NCBI RefSeq assembly: GCF_964194025.1
Contig: NC_134479.1
Location: 23,126,001 to 23,190,000 of the forward strand
Source of the DNA: Convolutriloba macropyga
Taxonomy: Eukaryota
Reading direction: 5' to 3'
DNA: 64,000 nucleotides
Under the pieces are notes generated by a model, which searched no databases, was not told the origin of the DNA, and was given only the letters and a program-made list of their open reading frames with translations. How positions within the stretch are numbered: the stretch's first letter is position 1; each line of letters opens with the position of its first letter. Shown piece by piece: positions 1-11,114 of this stretch. The position numbers and the translations under genes were made by a program.

Positions 1-38
1 TGAAAAAAAAATTATTTCAACAAATCATGTTAGTAGTG

Positions 39-472
39 TTAGAGCATCATATGAAGCGCATAACGTATCACATAAACATCACTCATCTTTACAATTTTTT
101 TCACCAAAAAGATAGTGAGCAATATAAACACAAAATAAGCCTTACAATACAGGGTTTGGTTTTGAATAGGCTGGTGTCTTAGCAATTCATACACAGTTTG
201 AATTTTATCAGCAGAGGAAGCAAGCCTTTTATGTAAATATTTGTATGAAGCTAAGTTTTGTCCAAGTGGATCAGGAAAAATATACTTTCCCTTTCCCCGA
301 CAAAAAAAAGTGTCCAATGTGTTCCAATTGACTGAGAGGTTGAAACATTCACTACGATTAAACTGTTGTGAGATAGATTAACAGGGAAGTTGTCAGCTGC
401 GAACACACCTCGATACTTGTATTTCAAAAGTTTACATGCCTGAACAAGGTTGTTTGTTTCATCTTCATCCAT
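39..472 (-). pseudogene. Polinton adenain-like cysteine protease (frameshifted)
   Basis: ORFs 251-472 and 39-317 join to give YRGVFAADNFP..IVVNVSTSQSIGTHW..YIFPDPLG..PIQ. Catalytic His (GTHW) and Asp (DPLG) are present; the Q/C region is frameshifted. Confidence 0.88.
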
Positions 473-1690
473 CAGTTTGTAAAAATATGATTTTTTGAAA
501 CTCTTCGTGCAGAATCACTAAAGATAGTGCTTGCTTTATCCCCAATAAAAAAAATTTCTATATTGTTGGGTAATGCCGCTGAAAATTTAAGCTCAATTGA
601 AATAGAACAATTTGTAAGTTCAAGGTGAATAAAATCATGTGAAGCCTGCTTAGTGCAGGTGAGATCAAACACCATAATAGAATATTTGGGGTATTCAGAC
701 AAACTAATTCCATGCCCATTATCGATATAGGCTAAATCTGACATTGTTTTGAAGTACAAGCGTTTTACATCAACTTTATTTATGGGGCTGTCAGCAACCG
801 GGAGTCCATTTCAATAAAAAGAAATCTGCTCCAGATTAAATTTACGAAATTGAAAAGGATTGAGTTGTTTGCTTCCTAAGAAAGATTCGTTTGTGTTAAG
901 ACAAATGGCAAGACGTCGAATAGGCTCCCTGCTAAAAACATCTTCTTGTTTCCAACTTTGCAAGCCAGTGGAAGCCAAAAATGTTTTAGTTATAATTTCC
1001 AAGTAAAGGTAGGACGCTGGACTTGATAGTAAAGTTTTTTCAATTGCAGAGACCACGTCATCGTTCAGCGTCATTTTTCTAACATACAAATTAGCTTCAA
1101 TAAATTTAACCTTTTATGATTTTCCAGCATCGTCAGAAATTATAACAAAATTATCTATTGATCGTCGAAACGAAATTCGCAGACTGAAAAGATGACGATC
1201 ACATGTAAATAAAATCTACTGCCACTTTTCCATGAAAAGTACATTCGGTAGATTGTCTAACCAAAACTTTTCGTCTGTTAACTTCAGCTGTTGCTATTGA
1301 TTCAGGATTATCCTCGTACTAGTAATCTTGGCAAGCCAGCCAAGTATTTTTTGCATCCTTGTTGTCAGAAAATTCGGTTACAATGAAACTTTTGTAAGCA
1401 TAATTTCGATTCGCATATAAAATTTCTAATCAGTTGGCTGATACTGTAAAGCCAGAAAAGAGTGAATGTAAAACATTATTACAAAAGTAAGGAGCGTCTG
1501 TTTTAATTAAGTCTGCTGCATATCCAGCATCACATTTTAAATCAGCTTCAGATGCCTCAACAATCTTGCATTTGATTTCAAGGAAAAATTTTTGCTGATC
1601 AATAAAATTATTTCTGTCTCCAAGCATGGTTCTGTTAGGACTGTAAACTACTCCTACTTTTTGACAGAAGCTCCCATCAAAAGTTCCCTT
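472..1690 (-). pseudogene. Polinton major capsid protein (double jelly-roll, PY/hexon), disrupted
   Basis: Fragments GDRNNFIDQQKFFLEIKCKIV..NNVLHSLFS, YAYKSFIVTEFS, VDLFTCDRHL, EANLYVRKMTL, PIRRLAICLNTN..NPFQFRKFNL, NGHGISLSEYPK..VFDLT..ISIELKFSAALP match the Polinton MCP pattern; multiple stops. Confidence 0.88.
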
Positions 1691-2084
1691 GCCTGTTTGT
1701 GTTTTGAAATGGCTACTTTTCTTTTTTTTGCTAAGTTTTCTCGCTTTTGAACCTGAGAGTTTAGATCGTCTACGATTCATTCGTCTTTGTCTCATTCGCA
1801 GTGCCAATGAACCTCTTGTTTTCTTTTTGACTGTATTTGATATCGTGTTTTTCAGTGCTTGTTTTGGAGATTTTTTTACTGACAACTTCCATTAACTCTG
1901 GTACGCTCTGTAACAGAAGTTCTTTTCCAACACGTTTTGCTGCTGGTATAATAAATTTTCTGGCAAGAGGTAGAGCGATTTTTCCAATACCACTTGCTAA
2001 AGCTTCAAAGCCGCTACCTCTTTGCCTATAATGCCCCGAAAAATACGGCAATGCAGATGATTGATTGGTGTAGTAAGATTCCAT
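1690..2084 (-). pseudogene. Basic core/DNA-condensing protein precursor (pVII-like)
   Basis: MESYYTNQ..YFSGHYRQRGSGF..IALPLARK..AAKRVGKELL followed by an R/K-rich tract (RMRQRRMNRRRSK..KKKKSS). It sits between penton and MCP as in Polintons; one frameshift near 1880. Confidence 0.72.
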
Positions 2085-2089
2085 TGCTT

Positions 2090-2951
2090 TTACTCGCCCA
2101 ATTTTTTTAACTGTAACGTCAGAATGGCCTTACCGGTCCCTTAAAAGCGGACTAATTGACCTGTTTCGATGCGTATTTCTATAGAAATTGACTGAATCGT
2201 ATTTGAAAGAAGTTTTTTGTAGTCCAAATTCGAAAAAACTTTTCTGTGTGTTGGTTCAAGCTCGCAGACGCTACCGTTTTTGAACCGTTGTTTTGAATCA
2301 GTGACTCGTAGTAAAGATGCTTTTGCATCGCCAACTTATTGATAATCAATAATGTTTGTATAAATAAATATCAAATGTTTCCCGTTGCAAATATCAGCTG
2401 GAAAATCCCACAAAGAAGCCTTGGTATCATCTTTTTTGATCAGTTTGTTTGCAGTTTTTTTCTTTTTTATAACCAATGTCTGTTTTTCGTCCATCACTTG
2501 GAAATTTCATCGCTTGGAAACGTAATTCCTCGTAATTTCCTTAGACAATTTCAAATTTACCGGTACTTTTAATTTCTCTGAATAAAAAATTTGGTAAAAC
2601 AACTGTTCATATAATGATAGCTAACAACTGTGGGACTGTATCAAAAGGTCCTGGCATGAAAGCTAATCGCTCAACGTGGTACGGACGTGATATGACATTG
2701 GCTCCAGAGCTATTTCGTTGGTGATCTTCTAAACCACTTAAACTGTAAGAAGTTAGGACCCCGTTTGTTATGTGTTCTATTTTAGTTGGAAAAATAATCT
2801 CACTGAAATCTACTCTCCAGTCTCCCAACAAATGTATTTCATCATTGAAAAAGTTTCTGAATTAAGCCAATGTGTTTTGATCGAAGATCTCCATCGAAGC
2901 GGAGGACATTCCATGTACCGTAAATTCATCTTCAAAACGCTTAATTTCCAT
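2090..2951 (-). pseudogene. Polinton minor capsid protein (penton/PX), disrupted
   Basis: N-terminus MEIKRFEDEFTVHGMSSASMEIFDQNTLA*FRNFFNDEIHLLGDWRVDFSEIIFP; C-terminus IQSISIEIRIETGQLVRF*GTGKAILTLQLKK. Confidence 0.82.
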
Positions 2952-3937
2952 TTTGCACAGGATATTCTCGTACTACTTGGAGTTCGGCTTGATAGAATTT
3001 ACCCTGAATATTTTCCTTATCGGTATCAATAAGAGAGTACGTTGGAGGGTTCAATGTTGGGAAGGACGAAATTTCAAAAACCTCGTCTGCAAAAGACTGT
3101 TTTTAACCCTTTCCAAACGTCTCCTCTTTTTTCAGTATTCGTACAAGATCACCAACAAAAAATTTGGTTTTTGAGAAAATGTTGTATTCGCAATCAACGT
3201 TCCAAGCCGCGGAACGTTTTTTTTTGTTACTTTGTTTGGAGCAAGTTTGATTGTTCGATTAACTCTAGAATTGATAGTTTTAACAAATGAATCCAGTTGA
3301 TCTAGATATGAATAAGTCCACTTCTCTTCTAAGTATCTGTATGTTATATTCTTGAGGGAAAGTAATTTCTTTCAGCAAAAGTAGACTTTTTCTCACTGAA
3401 CGTACTGTATAAATGAATTCAGCGTTTGTTGTAAAGGTCTTTGAAAGCACCGAGGAACTCCGAGCCATCATCGACCCAAACTTTTTTAGGTTGCTTACGT
3501 TTGATCATCTCTTTGAAAGCCTCTGCAGTTTCTGTAGCATATTTTGATTTTAGTGGTTCAACCCTGAGAAATCTTGAGAGACAGTTAACTGCAACAAGAA
3601 ACTATTTTACACCACGGTTGTACTTTGCAAGTTTATCAACAAATGCTAGATCTACGGACCAGATCTCATTTAGGTCGTTAACAATTACTTTAAATCTTGG
3701 AAATCTGAGGCGACGTAAACGGTATTTGGTGAAAGATGGTCTCTTTTCCAGATACATTTTTACCTTTTTAATTGATAAATTACCCAAATTTTGCAGTCTT
3801 TTTGCGTTTCCAAATGACGCAGGTCCTTTTAAATAGAGGTTGTCAAGTTTCTTCGCATCATTTACAGAAAGCCCAGTCTTTTCTAATCGTGTCTTCGTCT
3901 GTCTTCTTTTTGCTCTCATCGACTTTTGTCTTTGCAC
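2941..3937 (-). pseudogene. Polinton retroviral-like (rve) integrase, disrupted
   Basis: LYLKGPASFG..WSVDLAFVDKLAKYNRGVK*FLVAVNCLSRF..VWVDDGSEFLG..FAERN..INSRVNRTIKLAP..IQGKFYQAELQ. DDE residues are visible; stops and a frameshift are present. Confidence 0.92.
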
Positions 3938-4646
3938 TTTTTCTTTTGTTTCAGATCTTCCTCATGGTTGTTTTTGTTGCTGCTGCTGTTTCTTTCGTTT
4001 TCGAGTCGGTTGCTCTTCCTCTTCTTCGCTGTAAAATTCATCGAGAACTTTTTTTTTGCATAAGTATTGTAAACCAAACGGGCTGCTATATCAAGTTCAC
4101 TCAATATTTTTGAATACTTTTGCAGGTCATTTTTTTGGTAGGTTGTTGTAAATTGTACAAGAAATTTGTCACATTCACTCGTTGAGGTTCATTTTCAATA
4201 TGGAGGACGTTTTTCTCTTCACTAATAGAAATAGTATTGGAATCAAAAAATTTTTTTCAGGATAATTGCAATTTTTTTTTATTTTAATCCATTAATTTTA
4301 GTTCTAGTTTTATTGAGTCAAACGCTGATTCCTTCCGTTTTTTCACTATGGGTTCCGTTTCACTGTCATCACTAACAAATATTTCTGATTTTACGTCATG
4401 TGGATCACTTCTTCCATCACCGGTACTCTTTGTTCTCGTGATCAATCTATCAGTGCTTGTCAGTGCTTGTGTCAGCATCTTTTATTGTTTTCCACTGCAT
4501 TGCTCAAAATTTGGATTAGATCTTTGTAGGAGTGATAACTGATTGGCTTTTTGTTGATATATTGGATTATCAATAATTTCTTCCTTGATTGGATTTTTTG
4601 ATATGAACATTCTCCCGGGGATCAAAACAAATTCTTCTGCTTGCAT
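3916..4646 (-). pseudogene. Polinton PZ-like protein, disrupted
   Basis: Starts MQAEEFVLIP and continues through ORF pieces 4482-4724, 4284-4478 and 3916-4104 (..TNFLYNLQQPTKK..). The assignment rests mainly on position between PW and integrase. Confidence 0.55.
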
Positions 4647-4909
4647 TACTTGACCTTTAAGTAAAGATGGCAAGAGAATCCTATTGCCTTGATAAGTTCT
4701 GATTTTCATGCCAAAATATATCACTTTCTCGTCAGACTTGTTTCCTTTAATAATAACTGCTGAAATGAATCTTGATTTTTAAGCAACTGCTTTTTACTGG
4801 AACATTGCCGTAGATTACATTGAGCAAACACTCACATAGAATGTTTATAAAAACTATTTGGTGCTTCTTTGAGAAACTTTCTGAAATTACTCTCAGACAG
4901 CTTGAGCAT
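4646..4909 (-). pseudogene. Polinton PW-like small protein, disrupted
   Basis: MLKLSESNFRKFLKEAP..(frameshift)CECLLNVIYGNVPVKKQLL..ELIKAIG. The CEC-LN---GNVP motif characterises the small ORF that follows the Polinton ATPase. Confidence 0.7.
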
Positions 4910-5520
4910 TTGCTTTAGCATACATAACTGTTTCCCTCTCATCTGTCAAGTTAGTTATAGCTGCTTTGGAGGAAGGTAGATCAAAAATTGTTGGACCTGG
5001 CTGTACAATATTTGAACAATAACGCAAAGAGTCTGAAGTTTTTGGATCCAAGTCGATGAATAAGTGTCAAAAGGGTTTATTTTGTTGCTAATTCGTAGCT
5101 TTCTTTTAAAAAACTTGTGTTGTTTAACTGTTTGCCAATATAGGTAATCTGCTGTATGTCTCTAGAACAAAATGATGTGGGTTGTGTTCAGATCAATTGT
5201 TCTTGGCCATTTACTCTGTTGGAAAAAGTTATGCTTAACGTAAAAGAAAGTTTCCTCACAAGAATTGTCAAAAACAAGCAGACATTTTTCCGATGTTAAA
5301 TGAATTCAAATCCAGAAAATTTTGTGGAAAAATTATTCAAGTTATGCTATATAGAGCTGAATTCTGGTTGCTCATGTTGATAGAAGTAATAAATGGATTT
5401 AAATTTTGGATAAAATGTTTTTCTCAGTAACATTTGGAAGATGAGCTCAGTTTTACCACAGCATGACGGCCCACAAACAGCCATGAATAGTCTATCGCTT
5501 GTTGAAATTATCTTTTTCAT
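4893..5520 (-). pseudogene. A32/FtsK-like genome packaging ATPase, disrupted
   Basis: MKKIISTSDRLFMAVCGPSCCGKTELIF (Walker A), CLLVFDNSCEE (Walker B-like), YVKHNFFQQSK..TIDLNTTHIILF, KPF*HLFIDLDPKTSDSLRYCSNI. Confidence 0.9.
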
Positions 5521-5807
5521 AGCTTCGGATTAGGAAGCGCGTAGCCAACTGTGCATGCAAGCAGTGAAAACCAAATTGTTGACTCTTCACAATCAAGATG
5601 AGAAAAACAGTTTCATCAAAGTTTGATCAAAGACACAACAATAAGAAACAGTATTATTATGAGTTGAGTTAAACACACTACTTCTGATCATTGTAGTCTA
5701 GTGTTACATAATTTCCAGGACCGTCTCTCTTGATTTTCTCCATTGAAAGCTAAGTCATTCAAACCCACTCCATCAGCGAAATGTATCTCATTTTCTTTAT
5801 TACTCAT
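5517..5807 (-). pseudogene. Small two-helix membrane protein of Polinton type, frameshifted
   Basis: MSNKENE..RRSWKLCN..LTQLIIILFLIVVSLIKL..STIWFSLLACTVGYALPNPKL*. The stop overlaps the ATPase start (ATGA). Confidence 0.6.
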
Positions 5808-5809
5808 TT

Positions 5810-6293
5810 GAAAAGAAGTTTTCATGAAAAGTGAATTTATTATTTTTCAAATTTAATGTTAGCTCATTAATTTGTTAGTCACTCTCTCAATCATAAAATA
5901 GTCATAAGTATTATATAAAGAGTCTTTTTCGTCCTTTTTGTATGTCACCTTGTAGTTCGCCTGCATACCAACACCAATCGCATTGTAGACAATTGAGTCC
6001 ACATTGCCTTCGCTGACTACTTCTTTGATTTCATCAGGGAGACTTTCGTCGTCCAGCGAGGCTAACTCGAACGGGGGTTGGCGACTTGTGCTTAGGTAAA
6101 GGGGTTAGTTTCAGTTTTTTCTTTTTCTCTTGTAAAGACATGGCACATTTGAAAGTCTTCAAGCAATGAAAGATTTTTTTTTCAGCGTCTCAATCTCAGC
6201 TAGATTGCAAAGAATTTGTTGTTTCCTCAGAAAAAATTGCGCCCCTGATTCTATTTTTTCCTCTCTGGCCAGAGAGAGTTATTTGATTATCAT
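5810..6293 (-). pseudogene. Unidentified decayed Polinton ORF
   Basis: Coding-like pieces (NVDSIVYNAIGVGMQANYKVTYKKDEKDSLYNTYDYFMIERV) between flanking element genes; no family recognised. Confidence 0.3.
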
Positions 6294-6892
6294 TCGTTAT
6301 GCAACTGCCTACTGTCAAACTTGGAGATAAATTCACTTGAAGAACTGAAGGAGCTACCTTCTCCACTGTTAGTCCCTACTTCATTGGCGGACAATGTTAG
6401 TCAATAGAAATATAACTGTGCTTTTCTTTTAGCGCAATGTCTTTTCTTTTGTTTCTCAGGAACTAAAGAGAGTGTAGAGCACAAGTAAAATGTTCAATTG
6501 TGGTAACAATTTCCTCAACTTTAGGGCATAAAAGGTTATCCAAATCTATCACTTCTTTCTGTAAAAGTGTTTGCAGTGATTCTGTTTTCTCTTTCTTTCC
6601 CCTTAGCATAAAACTTTCCTGAAGGAAATCGAAGTTTCATTGCAATAAAACTTTGAGATAGAAACCAGTAGGGATAATTGTCACTATTCCACGACAAATC
6701 GGTCAAAAACTTGCTTACCCACTGATTAGATTTTCTCGCACTAGCGGATAGTGAATTGTATGAAACTGGTGGTTGGAATAAGATTGCTTCTGAATAGTTG
6801 CTTGAGCAAATTGATAACTCTTAAATTATAAAACCGGATTTTTTATGGCGAAAACCATCAAAATCTAAAACGACAAATTCAGGAGTTAACAT
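6290..6892 (-). pseudogene. DEDD/DnaQ-like nuclease-fold protein of Polintons, disrupted
   Basis: MLTPEFVVLDFDGFRHKKSGFII*ELSI..LFQPP..WVSKFLTDLSWNSDNYPY..FYAKGKE..VIDLDNLLCPKV..CALH..HCAKRK: an N-terminal hhhDxDGF motif and a C-terminal C/H cluster. Confidence 0.6.
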
Positions 6893-7299
6893 TCCAGCAA
6901 ATTAAACAAGTTCCGTTGAAACGTTTTTACGAACAGACAAAACAGTAGTCCTGTCATGTGACCAATATAAGCGTTTGTGATTGGACAAGGTAAAACGTAT
7001 GAATATCCAGGGCCTTTCTGACTCTGCTCTGCAATAAACCCCGAAGCGTCATGAAGTATTGCATGTAATCGAAGGAATTTATATGATATAAGTTATGTGT
7101 CTAACGAGGAGTTTTCTATACCAATAAGGCCACCATATGTTCTCAACTTGAGAACTATTTCCAAGTTAATGTCTGGGTCTAGAAAAAGACATGCTGCCAA
7201 AAAGTATACAAACGGTTCACTATAATCCGGATAGTCAACTTTTATGTGCTCATAAATTTCATGAATGTTTATCATATCTATGGTCGCAATTGTTGTCAT
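6886..7299 (-). pseudogene. Putative phospholipase A2-like (HD) protein with one internal stop
   Basis: Reading through the TAA at 7093-7095 gives ..RTYGGLIGIENSSLDT*LISYKFLRLHAILHDASGFIAEQSQKGPGYSYVLPCP..GHMTGLLFCLF. Its stop overlaps the next ATG. Confidence 0.5.
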
Positions 7300-7607
7300 G
7301 CTGATTCTCAAACAGAGGAATAAGTAAACGAACATTTTCAAAATTTTTTTGAAATTTTTGTGTTTTGCCCCCATACTGCATAGGTGAATAAAGAGAAATC
7401 ATCAAAAAATCACTTTTGAGTGCTCTTTCATAGCGCAAAATCCATTTTAGACCATTTTAGTACTTTGAAAAACTTTTGAAAATTTTAGGCTTCTGGTGTA
7501 TTATATTGGATTTTTTATGTTTTCACCAAAAACATTTAGTAAGAGGCCAAAACTTAGGTAACACGTATTTCTATGTTTGCAACAGCGGAAATCTGTCATT
7601 TGCGTTT

Positions 7608-7832
7608 TGGGGCGGGGATTCGGACTCCACCCCCTACAAGACTTTTTACCACCGAAAAACTGATTTTCTCTTTGTGAAATAAAGTTTTTTGGATAAGTTT
7701 CGCCAGACTGCTCAACCCAAGAACTTCTCACAGGCTGGCTAAACTTAGACAAAAAACTTTATTTCACAAAAAAAATCAGTTTTTCGGTGGTAAAAAGTCT
7801 TGTAGGGGGGATCCGAACACCCCCCCCCCCCC
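7608..7832. repeat. Long imperfect subterminal palindrome of the Polinton end
   Basis: CCCCTACAAGACTTTTTACCACCGAAAAACTGATTTT..TGTGAAATAAAGTTTTTTG pairs with CAAAAAACTTTTATTTCACA..AATCAGTTTTTCGGTGGTAAAAAGTCTTGTAGGGG around a ~20-nt loop. Confidence 0.9.
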
Positions 7833-7890
7833 ACAAGCATATGCCAGATTCTCTTACTACTTACGCTATACAATTATTGCCGTAAAAGTA

Positions 7891-8703
7891 CCCAGGATGA
7901 TGTCCACCACCCACGACAGCAATTGGCCAGACCAAGTTTGGTCGCTGTCAGTGTGATTCCAGACCGATTATACCCTAAAATAGATATTGGCCCGGCCAAC
8001 TAAATTTTGTCCACATTCGGGGAGACCAAACACACTTTGGGCAACATCGGCCAGACTTAACAGACTTTGAACAATCCATTGGTGAGACCGAACAGACGCT
8101 GGGCCAGACCGTTGTCCAGACCATTCCCAGACATATCATAACACAGGCCAGAAAGTAGGCCAGACCCACTTAAACGTGTAGAAGCATTCAAAAAGTTTTG
8201 TAATTTTTTTCTTGAATTTTTTTCGGCGAGAAATGGTTATGAGATTTTTGTGAAAATTGGTGAAAAAACTATCGATTTAAAGAGCGATGCAATTATCAGA
8301 AATTCGTTCCATGAAGTAGTCTAATCATCTAGAAGCAGATGTTGGTTACAAATTTTGGGCTGTTTTCTTGAGAAACATTTAATGCAGTATACTTTTATAC
8401 ATTTTACAGAGGTCCGGCTTCTCTTTTGGCTGAACCTCTCTTTCTTGAATATGGGCATTGTCCAGACCAAACTCACCCAAATGTGGGTTTTGGATATACC
8501 AAAATGTCGCAAAGGACGTATTGGCCAGACCAAACAGTGCAAAATGTGGTTGTTGGCTTGACCGAACAGACCCAAAATTGCCATCGGCGAGACAGAAGGC
8601 GGGAACCAAATATTTTTTAGACCATTGAGTTGGGTCGCACCGGACCCCTTGTCCAGAACGCAAGTCGGTCTGGCCAATATTTGTCTTGGGTTCTCATCCT
8701 GGA
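7891..8703. mobile_element. Non-autonomous DNA transposon (CCC-terminus type) with CCAGAC subterminal repeats
   Basis: Left CCCAGGATGA..ACCCACGACAGCAATTGGCCAGACC; right end reverse-complements to TCCAGGATGAGAACCCAAGACAAATATTGGCCAGACC. Many GGCCAGAC repeats. Confidence 0.65.
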
Positions 8704-9580
8704 TCATAATCGGAATTGTATGCGTTTTTCTATTCATCGGTCTGGTTCAATGAACGTTCAATAACCATTACATTTATCGCATTCATTTATGGTGAAGCTT
8801 AAGTTGTACTGAGATTGTTTTGAATCCGTGATCGGCAAAACCACCGTCATTGCGCTGTTTATTTTAAGCAGAGCAATCGGTTTTATGATCCAGATCACCA
8901 ATTTAGACAAAACTTATTCAAATGTGTCTCTTATTTGACGTTTGGGAGCGTGAGTCCTCATAAAAAAAGTTCATTCTTATAATAATTCTTATTCAGTTTT
9001 CATTAAAACTCAAAATCTAGATCAGTTTTATACTTGTTTATTTGATAACTGGGACGCACACAGAAACAAAAACGAGGTTCAAAAATAGACTACAATAAAA
9101 AATATTAGCAAAATTTTTAACAGATAGTGATGTGAAAAACTCTGATTAGATGAAAATGAAATCCTGATACAGGTTGCGAACAATGATTCACAGTCTTAAC
9201 TAATTTTGATCTGAATTTTACACAAATCACCATAGTATCTTTTTCTAGCCAACGACCATAGTTGATGTAACTATTCGCTAAAAATGCACTTTTGTAACTT
9301 TGACGAGCAAAGTTGTTTTTTCTCTTTGTTGGTGAGTTTATACAGAAAATTTTCTTTCAAAAAAAAAATGGTTTACAAATGTTTCATTTTTGCCAAGTCA
9401 GATCTTGCGTGCACTGTTCATTTGGCACAGATCATAATAGCTAAAGATGGCTTGTTTGGGCACTTTTCGAAACTTTTCATATTTTATGTATTACTGCCTA
9501 CAGGTGATGTGATTTTAAACTATTTGTTCAAATTTTTGACGTTGTAGTTTTTAAGCTCGGTAAATCAGAAAAACCATATG

Positions 9581-10013
9581 CTCTAGTTCAAAACTAATGC
9601 CAAATTTGCAAACATTTGCAAATTTTTGACCAATACTGCCAAATTTGTAAAAAATTGCAATTAATCTCTTCACAAGATCATATTTGCAAAATTTTGCAAA
9701 TTAAATTTAAGTTTTCAAAAACTTGAAAACGTTGGGCCGAGTTCGTTCCGGTCGAGCTCTGCTTAATTTATCAATATGGGTTATTTTCCTAACCATTTCT
9801 CAGAAATTGCTTAATTTAATTGAAAAATGTTCTAAGTACACCTTGTAAACGATTTGTGTGGTAAAATCACCCTACAAGGCCAACTGCGAACTATATGAGA
9901 CACAAACATTCAGACCTGTTTGCAAGTATTTGTAAAATTAAGGCATTATTTTACAAAAATTTGCAAATTTCTTTATAAATAATTGCAAATTTGACATTGA
10001 GTTAAAACTAGGG
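9581..10013. mobile_element. MITE-like element with TTTGCAAA subterminal repeats, 2-bp TSD TG
   Basis: CTCTAGTTCAAAACTAATGCCAAATTTGCAA versus right reverse complement CCCTAGTTTTAACTCAATGTCAAATTTGCAA; TG flanks both ends. Confidence 0.7.
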
Positions 10014-11114
10014 TGGTTTTTATCTGATTTGATCGTCTTGCTTGTGCTTTGGACATCAGAACTTCAATATAACATTATTATTTGTTTGTTTCATAATAAA
10101 GAGGCTGAATAAGTTTTCCGAACCGCTAATTGCCATCTAGGTTTTCAACTGTTTTCTATTTTCAAACGAAAAGTTAATGGTACGTTGATCTTTCAATTTT
10201 TGGCGCCGTTCTATCAGTAATATTGACTTCAATCTTTAGAAGATTGTGTTTTAGCAAATGACAGCATTCTAAGTCATGCATAAATCGTTTGTTAAATTAA
10301 ACTCTATCTTCCTTGTTTCCTGATCCAAAAGAGTCGTTGTTGAGCAAGATTTCAGCACAATGTCTCATAAAATTTGAAACACGAAATTTAAGTCGGTGCC
10401 GGGAATTGTCATATAGTGCTCAAGTAAAATCCTTCTGATGTTTTCAAGCTCAAATATACATTTTGTACCGTTGGGGTCAGACCAGATGGTTAACTTGTAA
10501 GAGCTGGAAAGTTCCTTGTAAAAGATACATAATTTGTAATAACATGCACGTTGAATTATTAAATTGTAAATAATTGCCAGTTAATAATTTAACTTGTAAG
10601 AGTTTTTGGAAGGTTCTTTAAGGATATTTTGTTTGTTTCAAAACTTCATAACACATTGAAATTGCATTTTAGGGTTGATTTGATACAAAGAGTCTGACGC
10701 GTTTGAATTACCAAGTACTAATTGAATACAAATATTAAGGTTATCAGATAAGGCGCCAACATTTGAAGATTTTTTTTTCACTTAAAAGAGGTTACAGATG
10801 TTTGCTAAAAGCTTTCCCATTTCTAGGATTTATATTGAGTTTGGAACTGAGTTCTTTCAACATCTGCTGCTTTCAAAGTACCCGCAAATCAGAACCGTGA
10901 AAGAATTGTGAACATAAACTCCGTAATTGTAAACAAAGCAATTGAGCGATGAGCTCTGTTTTTTTAACACTGAGTGCGTCTCAAGCAGTATATCCAATTA
11001 TTGCTTCATCGTTCCGAGCTGAGGACATCATCATCAAAAAAACTTTATCGAATTTTAAAAAACTGGGAGAAAATTGACTTTAAAGCCGCACTTCTAAAGC
11101 TGGGATTATAACCG

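Larger units (their letters stand above)
1..7861 (-). mobile_element. Degenerate Polinton/Maverick (adintovirus-like) endogenous element, one arm; continues beyond window start
   Basis: Co-oriented minus-strand ATPase, integrase, minor and major capsid and cysteine protease remnants. ACTACT at 7856-7861 reads 5'-AGTAGT on the minus strand, the typical Polinton terminus. Most ORFs carry stops or frameshifts. Confidence 0.93.

Noticed and set aside
1689-4542. Plus-strand ORFs over the Polinton genes
   Set aside because: Antisense shadows of the minus-strand viral genes with no recognisable motifs.
1-7861. Protein-primed DNA polymerase B gene
   Set aside because: No PolB motifs found in the window; it is expected beyond base 1 and is not called.
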